Source: an uncultured bacterium (GTDB lineage Bacteria > Eisenbacteria > RBG-16-71-46 > CAIMUX01). From it: a DNA stretch of 64,000 bases. Location: assembly GCA_964473865.1 (NCBI GenBank), contig CAYYQN010000005.1, positions 80,035 to 144,034 of the forward strand. The letters are read 5' to 3'. The stretch's first letter is position 1; each line of letters begins with the position of its first letter. The translations under genes and the position numbers were made by a program. Under the pieces are notes generated by a model. The model worked only from the letters and a program-made list of their open reading frames with translations, did no database searches and was not told where the DNA came from. Below, piece after piece: positions 8,614 through 18,353 of the stretch.

Positions 8614-9290
8614 GAAGCCCCCCTCCCCGGTGTTTGTATAGCCCGTGGGCGGCGTTGGTCCCGTCCCGCCCGGGGCTGATCCCGGCAATTCGTAAGGCAG
8701 GCGGCGCTGCAATGCCAGCGAATTGCGACGGCGAATTCCAGGAGACCGCGCTACCGAACCGTCAACTGCGCTCACTTCCCCGAACATCGAGGGAAGGACT
8801 GCAACCAGGTATCAAGAAGCCTCGTTGCGTCCGCCCTCGGACCTGCCCCGGAGTTTCCGGCCGCGCTCACCGCTTCCGGATCCGCGGCCCTTGCCTCGCT
8901 GGACCCGGGAGACGGATCGCGCGGCGCGTGCCCAACCGTCAAGATCGGCACCGTCGCGGCGCACCCGCACGTTTTCCGCGTCAACCGCACCCGCTGCCTC
9001 GTCCGCCGGGGATCATCGGGGGCGGCTGTGTCGACGCCGGCCCGCCCGGGCCGCGGTCGTTCTCGCCGGCGGTCGTCGTCGGACGTCCGCAGCCCGGCCC
9101 GTACGGGACCGCCTGGCTGCCCGCCTGCGGGTCGGCGCTCCGGCCCAGGCTGGCCGGGTCTCCCAGCACCCTGCTAGCTCATTGCAGGAAAAACAGTTTC
9201 ACCGCCTCGCCGTGACGAAAGACGCTAAGCTGGGGGTCTGGCCTCCGCCGCCTGACCTGAGGGAGGGGCCGCGTCCCGCGCCGAGGGGGT

Positions 9291-10361
9291 CTATGGACCG
9301 GGCTGCGGCCGGCGCCCCCGCGGCCTTCCATGTCGCGCCGCTTGGAACCACACCAGAACCAGCGCGAGAAACAGCATTTCGGGCAGCGGAATCCCGGCAA
9401 AGCTGATTTCCCGGAATTCATCGTCGTTGGGCGCCGGTTGCAGAATCAGGTCGTCGGTCATTGCGCTTGCGGTCACGTATGCCCGTAGCTTGGTCAGAAA
9501 GCAGGTCCGGGTGATCACTGCCCCCAACCGCGGGTAGAGGGTCTGTAACCGGCGAAGCTCCCGGTCGGTGACCCGATTCGCGTATTCGGTGCGCGCGCCC
9601 GAGAACGTCATCCGGTGCGGGGCGCAGACATAGAGGAGAATCTGACTGGGATCCCGGGCGCTGATCGCTGAGATCCGCAGCGGATAGACGGCCTGCGTCG
9701 TGGGGAACGTGAGACGGATCGGATCCAGCCCCCCGATCCGGTAGGCGCCCGGGCTGCTTCCGGCGATGCTGGCGGAGTCCGTCCGCATCGCCACGAAGAA
9801 CCACGACTTGTCGATGTAGAACTGCAGCGCGGCCTCCACCGGCGCGCGATTCCGGGCGTGCAGGAAGCCCCACGCATCCAGCGAGTCGGCCAGGACGGAG
9901 GCGTCAGACGCCCCCAGCGTCAGGGTCTGATAGATGCCCACCGTCTGCTGGTCGAGGATGTCGATCCCATTGGTCGGTGTCGCAACCCAATCGTTGTCGT
10001 CACCGCAGCCGATGCCGCGGTTGCGAACCGTGAGCCGGGTGAGGTTGGCGCAGTCCTCGAAAAGCCTGGAATCGGCGGTCGCCAGCGTCGGAACGGAGGG
10101 CACCGGAACGATCCAGGCCAGGTTGTCCGTGTTTCCCTCGTACTCCGCCTGCAGGATCAGATCCTCCCGTCCTACCTCTGGGTCAAACAGGAGAATCGCG
10201 CGCTGGGCGGGCTCCCAGACATCCCGGAAGTAGTCCGTGATGAGCCCGCCATCCGCCCATGCGTCTCGCGGAGCAACACCGAACGCGGCCAACACGAGCA
10301 CGACGGAGGCGAGGGACGCGGCCTCCGGCACGACTCGGGCCGCGCGATCACGGCGCTTCAT
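9291..10361 (-). CDS. DUF2330-family exported protein with C-terminal membrane anchor
   Basis: Signal peptide; QRAIL, AWIVPVPSVP, VGIYQTLTL, W...GF, LQFYIDKSWFFVA, LDPIRLTF, VYPLRIS; C-terminal hydrophobic helix plus basic tail. Confidence 0.75.
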   Translation of the reverse strand: MKRRDRAARVVPEAASLASVVLVLAAFGVAPRDAWADGGLITDYFRDVWEPAQRAILLFDPEVGREDLILQAEYEGNTDNLAWIVPVPSVPTLATADSRLFEDCANLTRLTVRNRGIGCGDDNDWVATPTNGIDILDQQTVGIYQTLTLGASDASVLADSLDAWGFLHARNRAPVEAALQFYIDKSWFFVAMRTDSASIAGSSPGAYRIGGLDPIRLTFPTTQAVYPLRISAISARDPSQILLYVCAPHRMTFSGARTEYANRVTDRELRRLQTLYPRLGAVITRTCFLTKLRAYVTASAMTDDLILQPAPNDDEFREISFAGIPLPEMLFLALVLVWFQAARHGRPRGRRPQPGP

Positions 10362-10403
10362 GGGACACCTCCTCCCCGCGCAATGCCCGGGAACCCCGGA
10401 CGG

Positions 10404-11063
10404 TCAGAGCCTCCTCGCCACATAGCCAAGTACCGCCGGCCCGGTCAGTTCGGCCGTCCACCCATGGTGATCGGGCGCTTCTGCCGTGAACGATCGGCCA
10501 AGGGAGAACTCGGAGCCGACGAGCCAGCCGCCCCCCCCAAGATCGAACTCCGGTCCGCCAAGCAGCCGGACTCCCAAGGCCCAGCTCCGGAACGTCTCGG
10601 AGACGCTCGGATCCGAACCATCGGCTCCCTGGATGGCTTCCCAAACACGGACGTACTCCCCCGCAACGCCGAGGTAGAAGGCATGCCGGTGCCGGCGCAT
10701 CAGGTTCGTCCGCAGGCCGAGTTCCACCGGCATCAGAGTCAGCTTCGCGTCGTCGCTCTCGAACACCGGGTCATCGTAGAAGCCGTTGCCTCGTCGGGCG
10801 CAGTACCGGACACCGAGGACGTACTGCACAGAGGGCCCGTCGGCCAGGTGGATCCGCAACCCGACCGCCGGCAGGGTACCGTACATCCGGCGCATCTCCT
10901 CGTCCGCGAAGATCGAGCCGCCGACGATCGCGGCGAGCAGCGGGCGCGGAGTCTTCTCCGGCACCTCATGGGCTCGGGCGGCAGGAGCGCTCGCCCCCAT
11001 CCCGACGACGAGGCCGAGAAGACTGAGGGCGATGGGAAGGGATCGTCCGCGGTTCGAGGTCAT
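10404..11063 (-). CDS. Probable small outer-membrane beta-barrel protein
   Basis: Signal peptide (IALSLLGLVVGMGASAPAARA); alternating amphipathic strands (PVELGLR, FYLGVAGEY, GVRLLGG, LVGSEF, VLGYV); alternative ATG at 11084. Confidence 0.6.
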   Translation of the reverse strand: MTSNRGRSLPIALSLLGLVVGMGASAPAARAHEVPEKTPRPLLAAIVGGSIFADEEMRRMYGTLPAVGLRIHLADGPSVQYVLGVRYCARRGNGFYDDPVFESDDAKLTLMPVELGLRTNLMRRHRHAFYLGVAGEYVRVWEAIQGADGSDPSVSETFRSWALGVRLLGGPEFDLGGGGWLVGSEFSLGRSFTAEAPDHHGWTAELTGPAVLGYVARRL

Positions 11064-11452
11064 CGAATGCCTCCGACATCGCATGGGCCACCTCCCGCGT
11101 GGGCTCACCAGCTCGACCCCGGCGCCGGCTTGAGCATAGGCCCGCGTGGAAGAGTCGACAACGCACTTGTCCAGACCGATCCGGTGACGGCCGGCCCTGC
11201 GGTCGACGCCGGGCAGGATGCTCAAGAGCCCGGACCGCCCCGGCCGAAGCTCCGATCGGTCGGATGTGAGGCGCGACGACGAGGTCGATATCCGGGCACC
11301 GAATCGTGGAGACGTAACGAGGCAGCCGGCCCTTCGCGGTCCGAACCCTGCGAGCCAGGCGGCGCCGCGCGACACGCTACCGGATCGGCGCGGGGGGAGC
11401 GGTGGTACGCTGCGCAGGGGTGTCTTCCCAGCGTTCGGGCAAGGGAGGCAGG

Positions 11453-12319
11453 ATGAAGAGCTGTTCCGGCCGGTTTCTCTCGGGCTTGACCTGCCTGCTG
11501 ATGGCGGCCGGTATGGTTGCCTCGCCCGGGCAGGCGGCACCACCGGCAGGGCCCGGGCTCGCCGGCGGCAACGTCGAGACCCGCATCTCCCCTCCCCCGG
11601 GCTTCACGCGCGTGGTCCTTCCCCGGGACAGCTTCGGCGCGTGGCTCCGCTCGCTCCCGCTCAAGCCAGGCCGCCCCCCGGTCCGTCTCCATGATGGCAC
11701 TCTGAAGGGAAACCAGCAGGCCCACCACGCGGTGGTGGAGATGGAGGTCGGTTCACGGGACCTGCAGCAGTGCGCGGACGCGATCATCCGCTTGCGAGCC
11801 GAGTACCTGTTCCACCGGGGCTCCGGAGATGCTATCCAGTTCCGCTTCACCAGCGGCGACCTGGCCACTTGGAAGGACTGGCGTCTGGGAATGCGGCCCT
11901 CGGTGCGTGGCCGCCGAGTATCCTGGAGTCGCACGGCCCGGGCAGACTCCACCTACGCAAGCTTTCGGCGTTACCTGGACATCGTCTTCACTTACGCCGG
12001 CTCGGCCTCCCTCTCCCGTGAGCTACTTCCGGTGGACGACCCCCGGCAGCTGCGAGCCGGCGATGTATTCATCCAGGGTGGATCGCCCGGGCACGCCGTG
12101 ATCGTCCTGGACGTGGCGGAAGACACCGCGGGCGAGCGGGTCTTTCTGCTCGCGCAGAGCTACATGCCGGCCCAGGAGATCCATGTCTTGAGGAGCTTCC
12201 ACGAAACCGATCCCTGGTACCCGGCGGCGGCGCAAGGCGTCCTGCGGACGCCGGAGTGGACCTTCGACTATGGCGACCTGATGCGCTTCGGTCCCGCGCC
12301 ATACGAGCCTACCGATTAG
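11453..12319 (+). CDS. DUF4846-family exported protein
   Basis: ATG 11453 with GGGAGG RBS; signal peptide; SFGAWLRSLPLKP, DLQQCADAIIRLRAEYL, GDVFIQGGSPGHAVIVLD, FLLAQSYMPAQEIH. Confidence 0.8.
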   Translation: MKSCSGRFLSGLTCLLMAAGMVASPGQAAPPAGPGLAGGNVETRISPPPGFTRVVLPRDSFGAWLRSLPLKPGRPPVRLHDGTLKGNQQAHHAVVEMEVGSRDLQQCADAIIRLRAEYLFHRGSGDAIQFRFTSGDLATWKDWRLGMRPSVRGRRVSWSRTARADSTYASFRRYLDIVFTYAGSASLSRELLPVDDPRQLRAGDVFIQGGSPGHAVIVLDVAEDTAGERVFLLAQSYMPAQEIHVLRSFHETDPWYPAAAQGVLRTPEWTFDYGDLMRFGPAPYEPTD

Positions 12320-12476
12320 GGAGGCGCTTCGGACCGAACGAATCCCCAGCCCCCGGGCTTCCGGCGGCAGAGCCGGCGCCGCGCAGAAGGCCCACGCCGG
12401 GAAGTCCCGGCGGGCAGGCTCAGCGCCACACAGAGGTTTCACGCCGGGTGCGCTCGGCGCCGGAGTCGCTCGCCAG

Positions 12477-13274
12477 CTAGGGCTGCGCGGGACCGGACCC
12501 GAAGATCTCGGTGAAGAACGTCATCATGGCCTGCCAGGATCGGCGATCCGCCGCCTCGTTGTACGCAGATCCCGTGCCGTTGTCGCTGCCAGCCTCCTGA
12601 TGCGTGAAGGAGTGCACCGCTCCGCTGTAGGCGATGAACTGGTAGTCGACCCCCGCGTCTTTCATCTCTTTCTGGAACCCGGCCACTTGCTCTGCCGGGA
12701 CAAAGGGGTCCTCCGCGCCATGACAAACGAGGATCTTCGCCCGGATGGCCCGGGCATCAGCTGGATTCGGGGTGTCGAGATTGCCGTGGAAGCTGACCAC
12801 TCCCGCGAGCGGGGCGCCGGAACGGGCCAGCTCCAAGGCGGTGCCGCCCCCAAAACAATAGCCGATCGCCGCTACGCGCCTGGGATCGACCCGGGGGTCC
12901 CGGAGCAGTTGGTCGAGGCCGGCGCGTGCCCGCGCCCGCATCAGCGCCCGATCGCTTCGATAGATGCCGGCCTGCCTGGACCGTTCCTCTGTGGTCGACG
13001 GCCGCACTCCCTGGCCGTACATGTCGATGGCAAGGGCGACGAACCCGGCCTCCGCCAGCTGCTCGGCCCGCTTTTGCGCGTAGGGACCGGGGCCGCTCCA
13101 GTCATGGATCACCAGCACGCCGGGAGCCGGCCCCGGCACCGACTCCGGAGCGGCCAGGTGGCCCTCCAGCGTCACATCGCCGTGCTGGTAGGTGATGGCT
13201 TCGGTCTTCACTCCCGCCCCCGCGGCGTCGCCAACACACAGCAGCGACAGCAGTATCATCGTGAGTCGTTTCAT
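12477..13274 (-). CDS. Dienelactone hydrolase family protein with signal peptide
   Basis: Nucleophile elbow GYCFGG; VSFHG; HGAED; GAVHSF; YNEAADRRSW. Confidence 0.9.
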   Translation of the reverse strand: MKRLTMILLSLLCVGDAAGAGVKTEAITYQHGDVTLEGHLAAPESVPGPAPGVLVIHDWSGPGPYAQKRAEQLAEAGFVALAIDMYGQGVRPSTTEERSRQAGIYRSDRALMRARARAGLDQLLRDPRVDPRRVAAIGYCFGGGTALELARSGAPLAGVVSFHGNLDTPNPADARAIRAKILVCHGAEDPFVPAEQVAGFQKEMKDAGVDYQFIAYSGAVHSFTHQEAGSDNGTGSAYNEAADRRSWQAMMTFFTEIFGSGPAQP

Positions 13275-13412
13275 GCCCGGTTCCTCCCCCGGCGCGCTCC
13301 GGCGCGCTCCTGGTTTGATTCCCCAGGCCGGTCTCAGGTCGGGCGAATTCCTCCCGTGCGTCCGCCTCGCCGCGCGCAGGCGCCACCCCGTGCGCCGTGA
13401 CGAGGCGACCGA

Positions 13413-16400
13413 TCATCGCAACAGCAGAATCTTCTCCGATCTGCGCTGGCGTGTGGACTCCAGGCGGATGAGATACAGACCGGCGCCGACGCGGCGCCCC
13501 CGATCATCTCGCCCGTCCCAATTCTCCACGTACCAACCTGCCTCCCGACGATCCCGGTTCAGGACGGTGCGCACCAGGCGCCCATCGGGGGCGTAGATCG
13601 CCAGGCGGACCACATCCCGGTCCGGAACTCCGTACCGGATGAGGGTGCCGCGGAGTGCGGGGTTGGGAATGCACGGCGAGAGCCGGAGGGATTGCGGCGG
13701 TTCCGCTCCCGGCGTGGTCACGGTGATCGGGCCAAAGGACTCCCGCTCTCCATTCCGCTCCACCCCGACCACGCGATACTCGTACTCCCGGCCGGGCAGA
13801 ACGTTCGCGTCCACGAACCGATACTCGCCGTTCCAGGAGGGGACGAGCAGTTCGGAGGTGATCGCGAATTCCTCTTCCGTCACCGGCAGTACCTGCCGCC
13901 GGTAGACCTCAAAACCGGCGTAGTCGAGATCGGGCGGCGTCCGCCAGGAGAGGATCACTCCTTGGTCCCCTGCCGTGGCCATCAATCCGGACACCTGAAT
14001 CGGCGTCACCGTTCGCACCGCGAAGGTGATCGGGATCTCGATGATCGGCCGGGCCAGATCGTTCGTTTCCAGGATCAGCTTCGCGTGGTGATCTCCCGCC
14101 GGCAGCGTCTCGGAGTTGAACTCCAGGGTCAGCTCTCCTTCGGTCCCGGCCGCCACCGACAGATGAGCCGGATCAGAGTCGATCCACACGGCATCGAAGC
14201 CGTCCGGCATCGAGTCAGACTCCCCGGGGCCCGGACCGGCCGTCGCGTGTACCAACAGGTCGATGCGCCAGGGTTGTCCGAGCTCCGCGAGATCCAAGCC
14301 CAGCGTGATCCGGTCGTCGTGAAGGTCGAACGCCAGTAGTCCCGATGCCGGGTTGAGGTCGCCGTCCAGCAGCACGACGACGGCGCCGAAGTACTGCATC
14401 GCCTGGGCCCCCGCCAGAACCAGGAAGTCCACTCCGGGGGACTGCCGGTCGGTGTTCATGGCGACTACCAGCGTCGAGGCCGCGTACAGCGAGAGCATCG
14501 ACTCATGGGCGGAAACGGAGAGGTAGAGCGTATCCGCAACCAGCCGCTTCGCCAGGCTGGCCAGGTCCGGATCGGCCTCGGGCGGGTCGTTCGGATCTGT
14601 GGCCAAGGTGTCCCAGTCCGACGGCCACCTCCTCGAACCGCCCGGCACGACCGCCGGCTGCGCCTTCGGGCGCGGCGAGGCGAGACCCCGGAGCAGCTCC
14701 GCCAAGCGCGGTCCGGAATCCGACGCGGAACCGGCCGGCACCGGCAACGATCGGAGCTTCCGATCGCCGGCCGCCCGATTCGCCCCCGGCGCCCCGTCCG
14801 AGTCCAGGCGGATCGCGATCCGCATGTCGTCGACGGTCTGCGCGGTGTCGGCAAGGAAGGCGTTCGCCTCCAGAACTCCCGTCCCCGTGTTCCGGATGGC
14901 CAGCGTGGTGTCCACCACCCCGGAGGAGTCGATACTGACCGTGATCGCAGTGAAGTCGGCCGCGTAGGTGGCCAGATACGCGGTGGCGGCAACCGGACCG
15001 GCGAGCGGGCTCTCCGCGCTCCCATAGAGCGCGCTGACGTAGTACCGGTAGCTCTCGCCGATGACCGCGGTTGTGTCGCGGTATTGCCGGGCAGTCAGCG
15101 GCTCCGCGTTCAAGAGCGTGAGAGCGTCATCCTGGCCCGCGAGGCGATCGGCCCCGGCGGACCGTTCCGCGCGGCCGGCGCTCCGCCCACCGCCATCGAT
15201 GAAGCTGTCTCCGAATCCCGCGGAGCGATAGACGTTGTAGCCGGTGACGGGAGTCGCTCCGACCGCGGACAGACCCGCCGGCTGAGCCCAGCGCAGCGCA
15301 ACCGTGGTTCCGATCCCGTCGCGGGCCTGCAGGCGCTGGGGCGCCCCGGCGACCTGCCGCTCGACAACCGACAGGTCATCCAGATACCAGCCCAGGCCGG
15401 TGACGCCCTGGTCGGAACTGAAGACGAGGCGGATGCGGACATCCGCTTGCCCGAGGTACGGGAACAGGTCGAACTGCGCGGTCTCCCATCCGCCCGTTTC
15501 GCCGGAATACCCCGGGCTGCCCTGGGCGGCCAGGACGTGCGCCGGGTAGTCGCCCGCTGGACGCGCCAGTGTCCAGGTGACACCGCCGTCGATGGAGACC
15601 TCGACGAACCCGCCGTCATAGGCCTCCTCACAAGAGAGGTAGTGGCGAAACACCAGGGCCGCGGAGGCGAACTCCGTGAGATCAACCGGCTCCAGCGAGA
15701 GGGTCGACCGGGTCATGTGTTGATAGGGACCGTCCAGGCTCGTGGCCCAGAGGTTCTGACCGGAAACCGCCTCCACCACCGTGGAGTGCCCCCACTCCCA
15801 GTCGTTGTCGCCCTGCACCCCGCCATCGTCGGCCTCGAAGTCCCGCTCAAAGCCCCGGACGATCCGGAAGGAGTGCCAGCCGCTCGCCGGATCCGTGGCG
15901 GCGTTCGGAACCGCCGCTCCGTCTTCAGCCTCAATCTGGTACCGCACACTGTCGCCCAGGGCGAGCCCCAAGGTGCTGAGCTCTGCCAGGTAGTCGTGGC
16001 CGCCGAGCGCGGCCATGGAGCCGACGATGGGCGGATTCTCGTTGTGCTGCTGGGTGAGAGTCACCGCGCGCAGCGGCTGATCGAGGTTGTCCCGAACCGC
16101 CGCGCGGGCCCGGATCGCATCGATGTCGATCGGCTGATCGGGAAGCGGATCGTGCGCGATGACCGGGGCGGTCACGTCCGCACCGACCACGAAGACGCAC
16201 GGATCCGCCTCTCCGGCCTCCGGCCAGGTCACGGTGGTCCCGCTGGTGTCGGCGGCGGTGAAGTAGTACCTGACGATGGTGCCCGCGGGCTGGGGCTGCA
16301 GGACGGTGGTGTACTCCCGCGAAGATAGCCCGGTCGGCGCCATTGTCGAGTCGATGAAGGTCACATCCTCTCCCCGCGTCAGGGTCGCGTGGACCCGAAC

Positions 16401-18272
16401 CTGTTCCGGATCCAGGGCGAAGACACTGAGAAAGGACGCGGTCAAGGGGAGGGTCCGCAGCGTATCCTCGGTGTCGCTGAACGGAGTGTGGGAGACGTGA
16501 ATGCCGTAGTCTCCGATCCCGTGAGCGCGAAAGATGCCGCAGATCGCGTCCAGGTTGGGTGTCCCGTCGTACACGTCGTCATTGTCGTCGTCGTACGTCA
16601 GGAGAGCGAAGAAGTAGTCGTCGAAGTTGTCGGCGAACCCGAGACGGGCGAAGTGAAAGAGCGAATCGGCGCGGGGCGCGCCGAGCGTCTCTCGCAGGTC
16701 CCACAGCGCCGACCCGATGATGAGACCGTCGTGGTGGGACTCGCCGATCCAGTCCTCTGGGTAGACGAAGTCATCGTCGATGCGGCGCAGGCTGGTTCCG
16801 GGGCCGTAGAATCCGCGGCCCAGCACCGGCTGTCCGCTGATGGTCGCGGCATAGTAGTCGGAGAATCCCTCGGCCATGGCCCCGGAGAGGGAGAAGGGGC
16901 GCGTCAGGAAATCCGTGATTCCGTGGCCGTACTCGTGATAGGCCACATCCGCAATCCGGGCGACGTTGACGCAGCGCCCTCCCGCTTCGTAGAAGCTGAT
17001 GCCGACGCCGTCCCAGAAGGCATTGCACCTCCCCGGGACATTCACATAGATCGGCATCGGGTAGTCGAGGAGGTCAAACCCGGGATCGATCGTCTGGATG
17101 TGGTCATGCGCGACCATGACGTTGAGATAGGCATCCCGCTCGGCAACCTGCGCCTCGCTCTCGCCGAAGTAGAAGTCCACCTGCGCGGATTCGCCGTCCG
17201 GCACCGGCTGGCTGATGGATGCGACCTGGCCGGTTCGCACGTCGTACACCACCCCAAACGGCCCGCTCAAGCTCGCCGCCGCCGTGCGGCCGGTCCCGGC
17301 GCCGATCTCCAGCGAGAAGGTACCGTCGGCGGCGGTCACGGTGTCCACCGAGTCGGCCTCGGGAGCGGAGCACAGCACGTTCAGGTGCGGAAACGGCCGG
17401 TCCTCGAACTCCTCATCGGCGGTGATCGGCTCCACGGAGCCCTGGACCTGCCCGTGGACCTCCCCGAACTGGATTCTGTTGAACCGCCAGACGAGGGTCC
17501 CGTCCGCAGCGTCCACGAAGCTGACCCAGACGCCCGGAACCTCGACGGTGCGGAACTCCAGCCGCCAGGTCGCGCGCAACTCATAGTGCTCGGACCTTCG
17601 GATCGGCAGGTAGGTCAGGGCCGGATCGCCCAGCGGCGCCGGTGCGCCGGGCAGCCCCTCTCGCGCCGCCTCCACGGCTTCCGCCGGCGTGGTCCGGAAG
17701 GCGTAGCCCGCAGGCAGCCCGAGAAACGTGTGGTTGCTTACCAGCGTAACGCGTCCGTGACGGCTGAGGCGTGCGGTCAACCGGCTGTCCCAGACCGGGA
17801 CGCCCTCATGGATCTGCTGGAAGTGCACCCAGAATCCCCCACGATCGCCGATCGTTCGCGCCTCGACGAGATCCTCAACCGGTATCCACGCCGCCATCTC
17901 GGCCTGCAGGAACGCGCGCACCGCATCCGCAGCGTTCACCGAGTCCACCGCGCCGAAGCCGGGCACCGCCTGCGGCGGGCCCTGCAGTCGCTCCGGAACC
18001 CGCGAGGCCACATCCCAGCGAGCGACCCACCCGGGATGACGAAGGATGAACTCGTTGAACGCCGGCGATCGAGAGAGCGCCGCCTGCAGGCCCGGGTCGC
18101 CCGGACGACGTCCCCAGGCCGCCTCCTCGCCGCGCCGATCCACCTCGTACCTGGCGGTCTCGGGAGACGGCAGGACCGCCTTCCCGGCAGTGGGCACCAC
18201 GGCAACGGCGGCGAGCAGCGCCACGCGAATCAGATGCCGGCAGGTCCCGACGACAGAGTGTGACAACCGCAT
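13413..18272 (-). CDS. Large secreted M4/M36-type zinc metallopeptidase with propeptide, accessory beta-sandwich domains and FlgD-Ig C-terminal domain
   Basis: Signal peptide; FTP/PepSY-like propeptide (VHFQQIHEGVPV, FVDAADG); CNAFWDG; HEYGH zinc motif; GAMAEGFSDY; EEAYDGGFVEVS...W domain; FN3-like LRW...GYNVYR...YYVSA; C-terminal PNP...WDGRDD.G...GLY. Confidence 0.88.
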   Translation of the reverse strand: MRLSHSVVGTCRHLIRVALLAAVAVVPTAGKAVLPSPETARYEVDRRGEEAAWGRRPGDPGLQAALSRSPAFNEFILRHPGWVARWDVASRVPERLQGPPQAVPGFGAVDSVNAADAVRAFLQAEMAAWIPVEDLVEARTIGDRGGFWVHFQQIHEGVPVWDSRLTARLSRHGRVTLVSNHTFLGLPAGYAFRTTPAEAVEAAREGLPGAPAPLGDPALTYLPIRRSEHYELRATWRLEFRTVEVPGVWVSFVDAADGTLVWRFNRIQFGEVHGQVQGSVEPITADEEFEDRPFPHLNVLCSAPEADSVDTVTAADGTFSLEIGAGTGRTAAASLSGPFGVVYDVRTGQVASISQPVPDGESAQVDFYFGESEAQVAERDAYLNVMVAHDHIQTIDPGFDLLDYPMPIYVNVPGRCNAFWDGVGISFYEAGGRCVNVARIADVAYHEYGHGITDFLTRPFSLSGAMAEGFSDYYAATISGQPVLGRGFYGPGTSLRRIDDDFVYPEDWIGESHHDGLIIGSALWDLRETLGAPRADSLFHFARLGFADNFDDYFFALLTYDDDNDDVYDGTPNLDAICGIFRAHGIGDYGIHVSHTPFSDTEDTLRTLPLTASFLSVFALDPEQVRVHATLTRGEDVTFIDSTMAPTGLSSREYTTVLQPQPAGTIVRYYFTAADTSGTTVTWPEAGEADPCVFVVGADVTAPVIAHDPLPDQPIDIDAIRARAAVRDNLDQPLRAVTLTQQHNENPPIVGSMAALGGHDYLAELSTLGLALGDSVRYQIEAEDGAAVPNAATDPASGWHSFRIVRGFERDFEADDGGVQGDNDWEWGHSTVVEAVSGQNLWATSLDGPYQHMTRSTLSLEPVDLTEFASAALVFRHYLSCEEAYDGGFVEVSIDGGVTWTLARPAGDYPAHVLAAQGSPGYSGETGGWETAQFDLFPYLGQADVRIRLVFSSDQGVTGLGWYLDDLSVVERQVAGAPQRLQARDGIGTTVALRWAQPAGLSAVGATPVTGYNVYRSAGFGDSFIDGGGRSAGRAERSAGADRLAGQDDALTLLNAEPLTARQYRDTTAVIGESYRYYVSALYGSAESPLAGPVAATAYLATYAADFTAITVSIDSSGVVDTTLAIRNTGTGVLEANAFLADTAQTVDDMRIAIRLDSDGAPGANRAAGDRKLRSLPVPAGSASDSGPRLAELLRGLASPRPKAQPAVVPGGSRRWPSDWDTLATDPNDPPEADPDLASLAKRLVADTLYLSVSAHESMLSLYAASTLVVAMNTDRQSPGVDFLVLAGAQAMQYFGAVVVLLDGDLNPASGLLAFDLHDDRITLGLDLAELGQPWRIDLLVHATAGPGPGESDSMPDGFDAVWIDSDPAHLSVAAGTEGELTLEFNSETLPAGDHHAKLILETNDLARPIIEIPITFAVRTVTPIQVSGLMATAGDQGVILSWRTPPDLDYAGFEVYRRQVLPVTEEEFAITSELLVPSWNGEYRFVDANVLPGREYEYRVVGVERNGERESFGPITVTTPGAEPPQSLRLSPCIPNPALRGTLIRYGVPDRDVVRLAIYAPDGRLVRTVLNRDRREAGWYVENWDGRDDRGRRVGAGLYLIRLESTRQRRSEKILLLR

Positions 18273-18353
18273 CGCGCCCTCCTTTGGCGAAGAACTTCTA
18301 CCGAACCGGCGACCCGGGCGGAGCGAGGAAGAACCGTTCGGGCCCGCCCGGAG

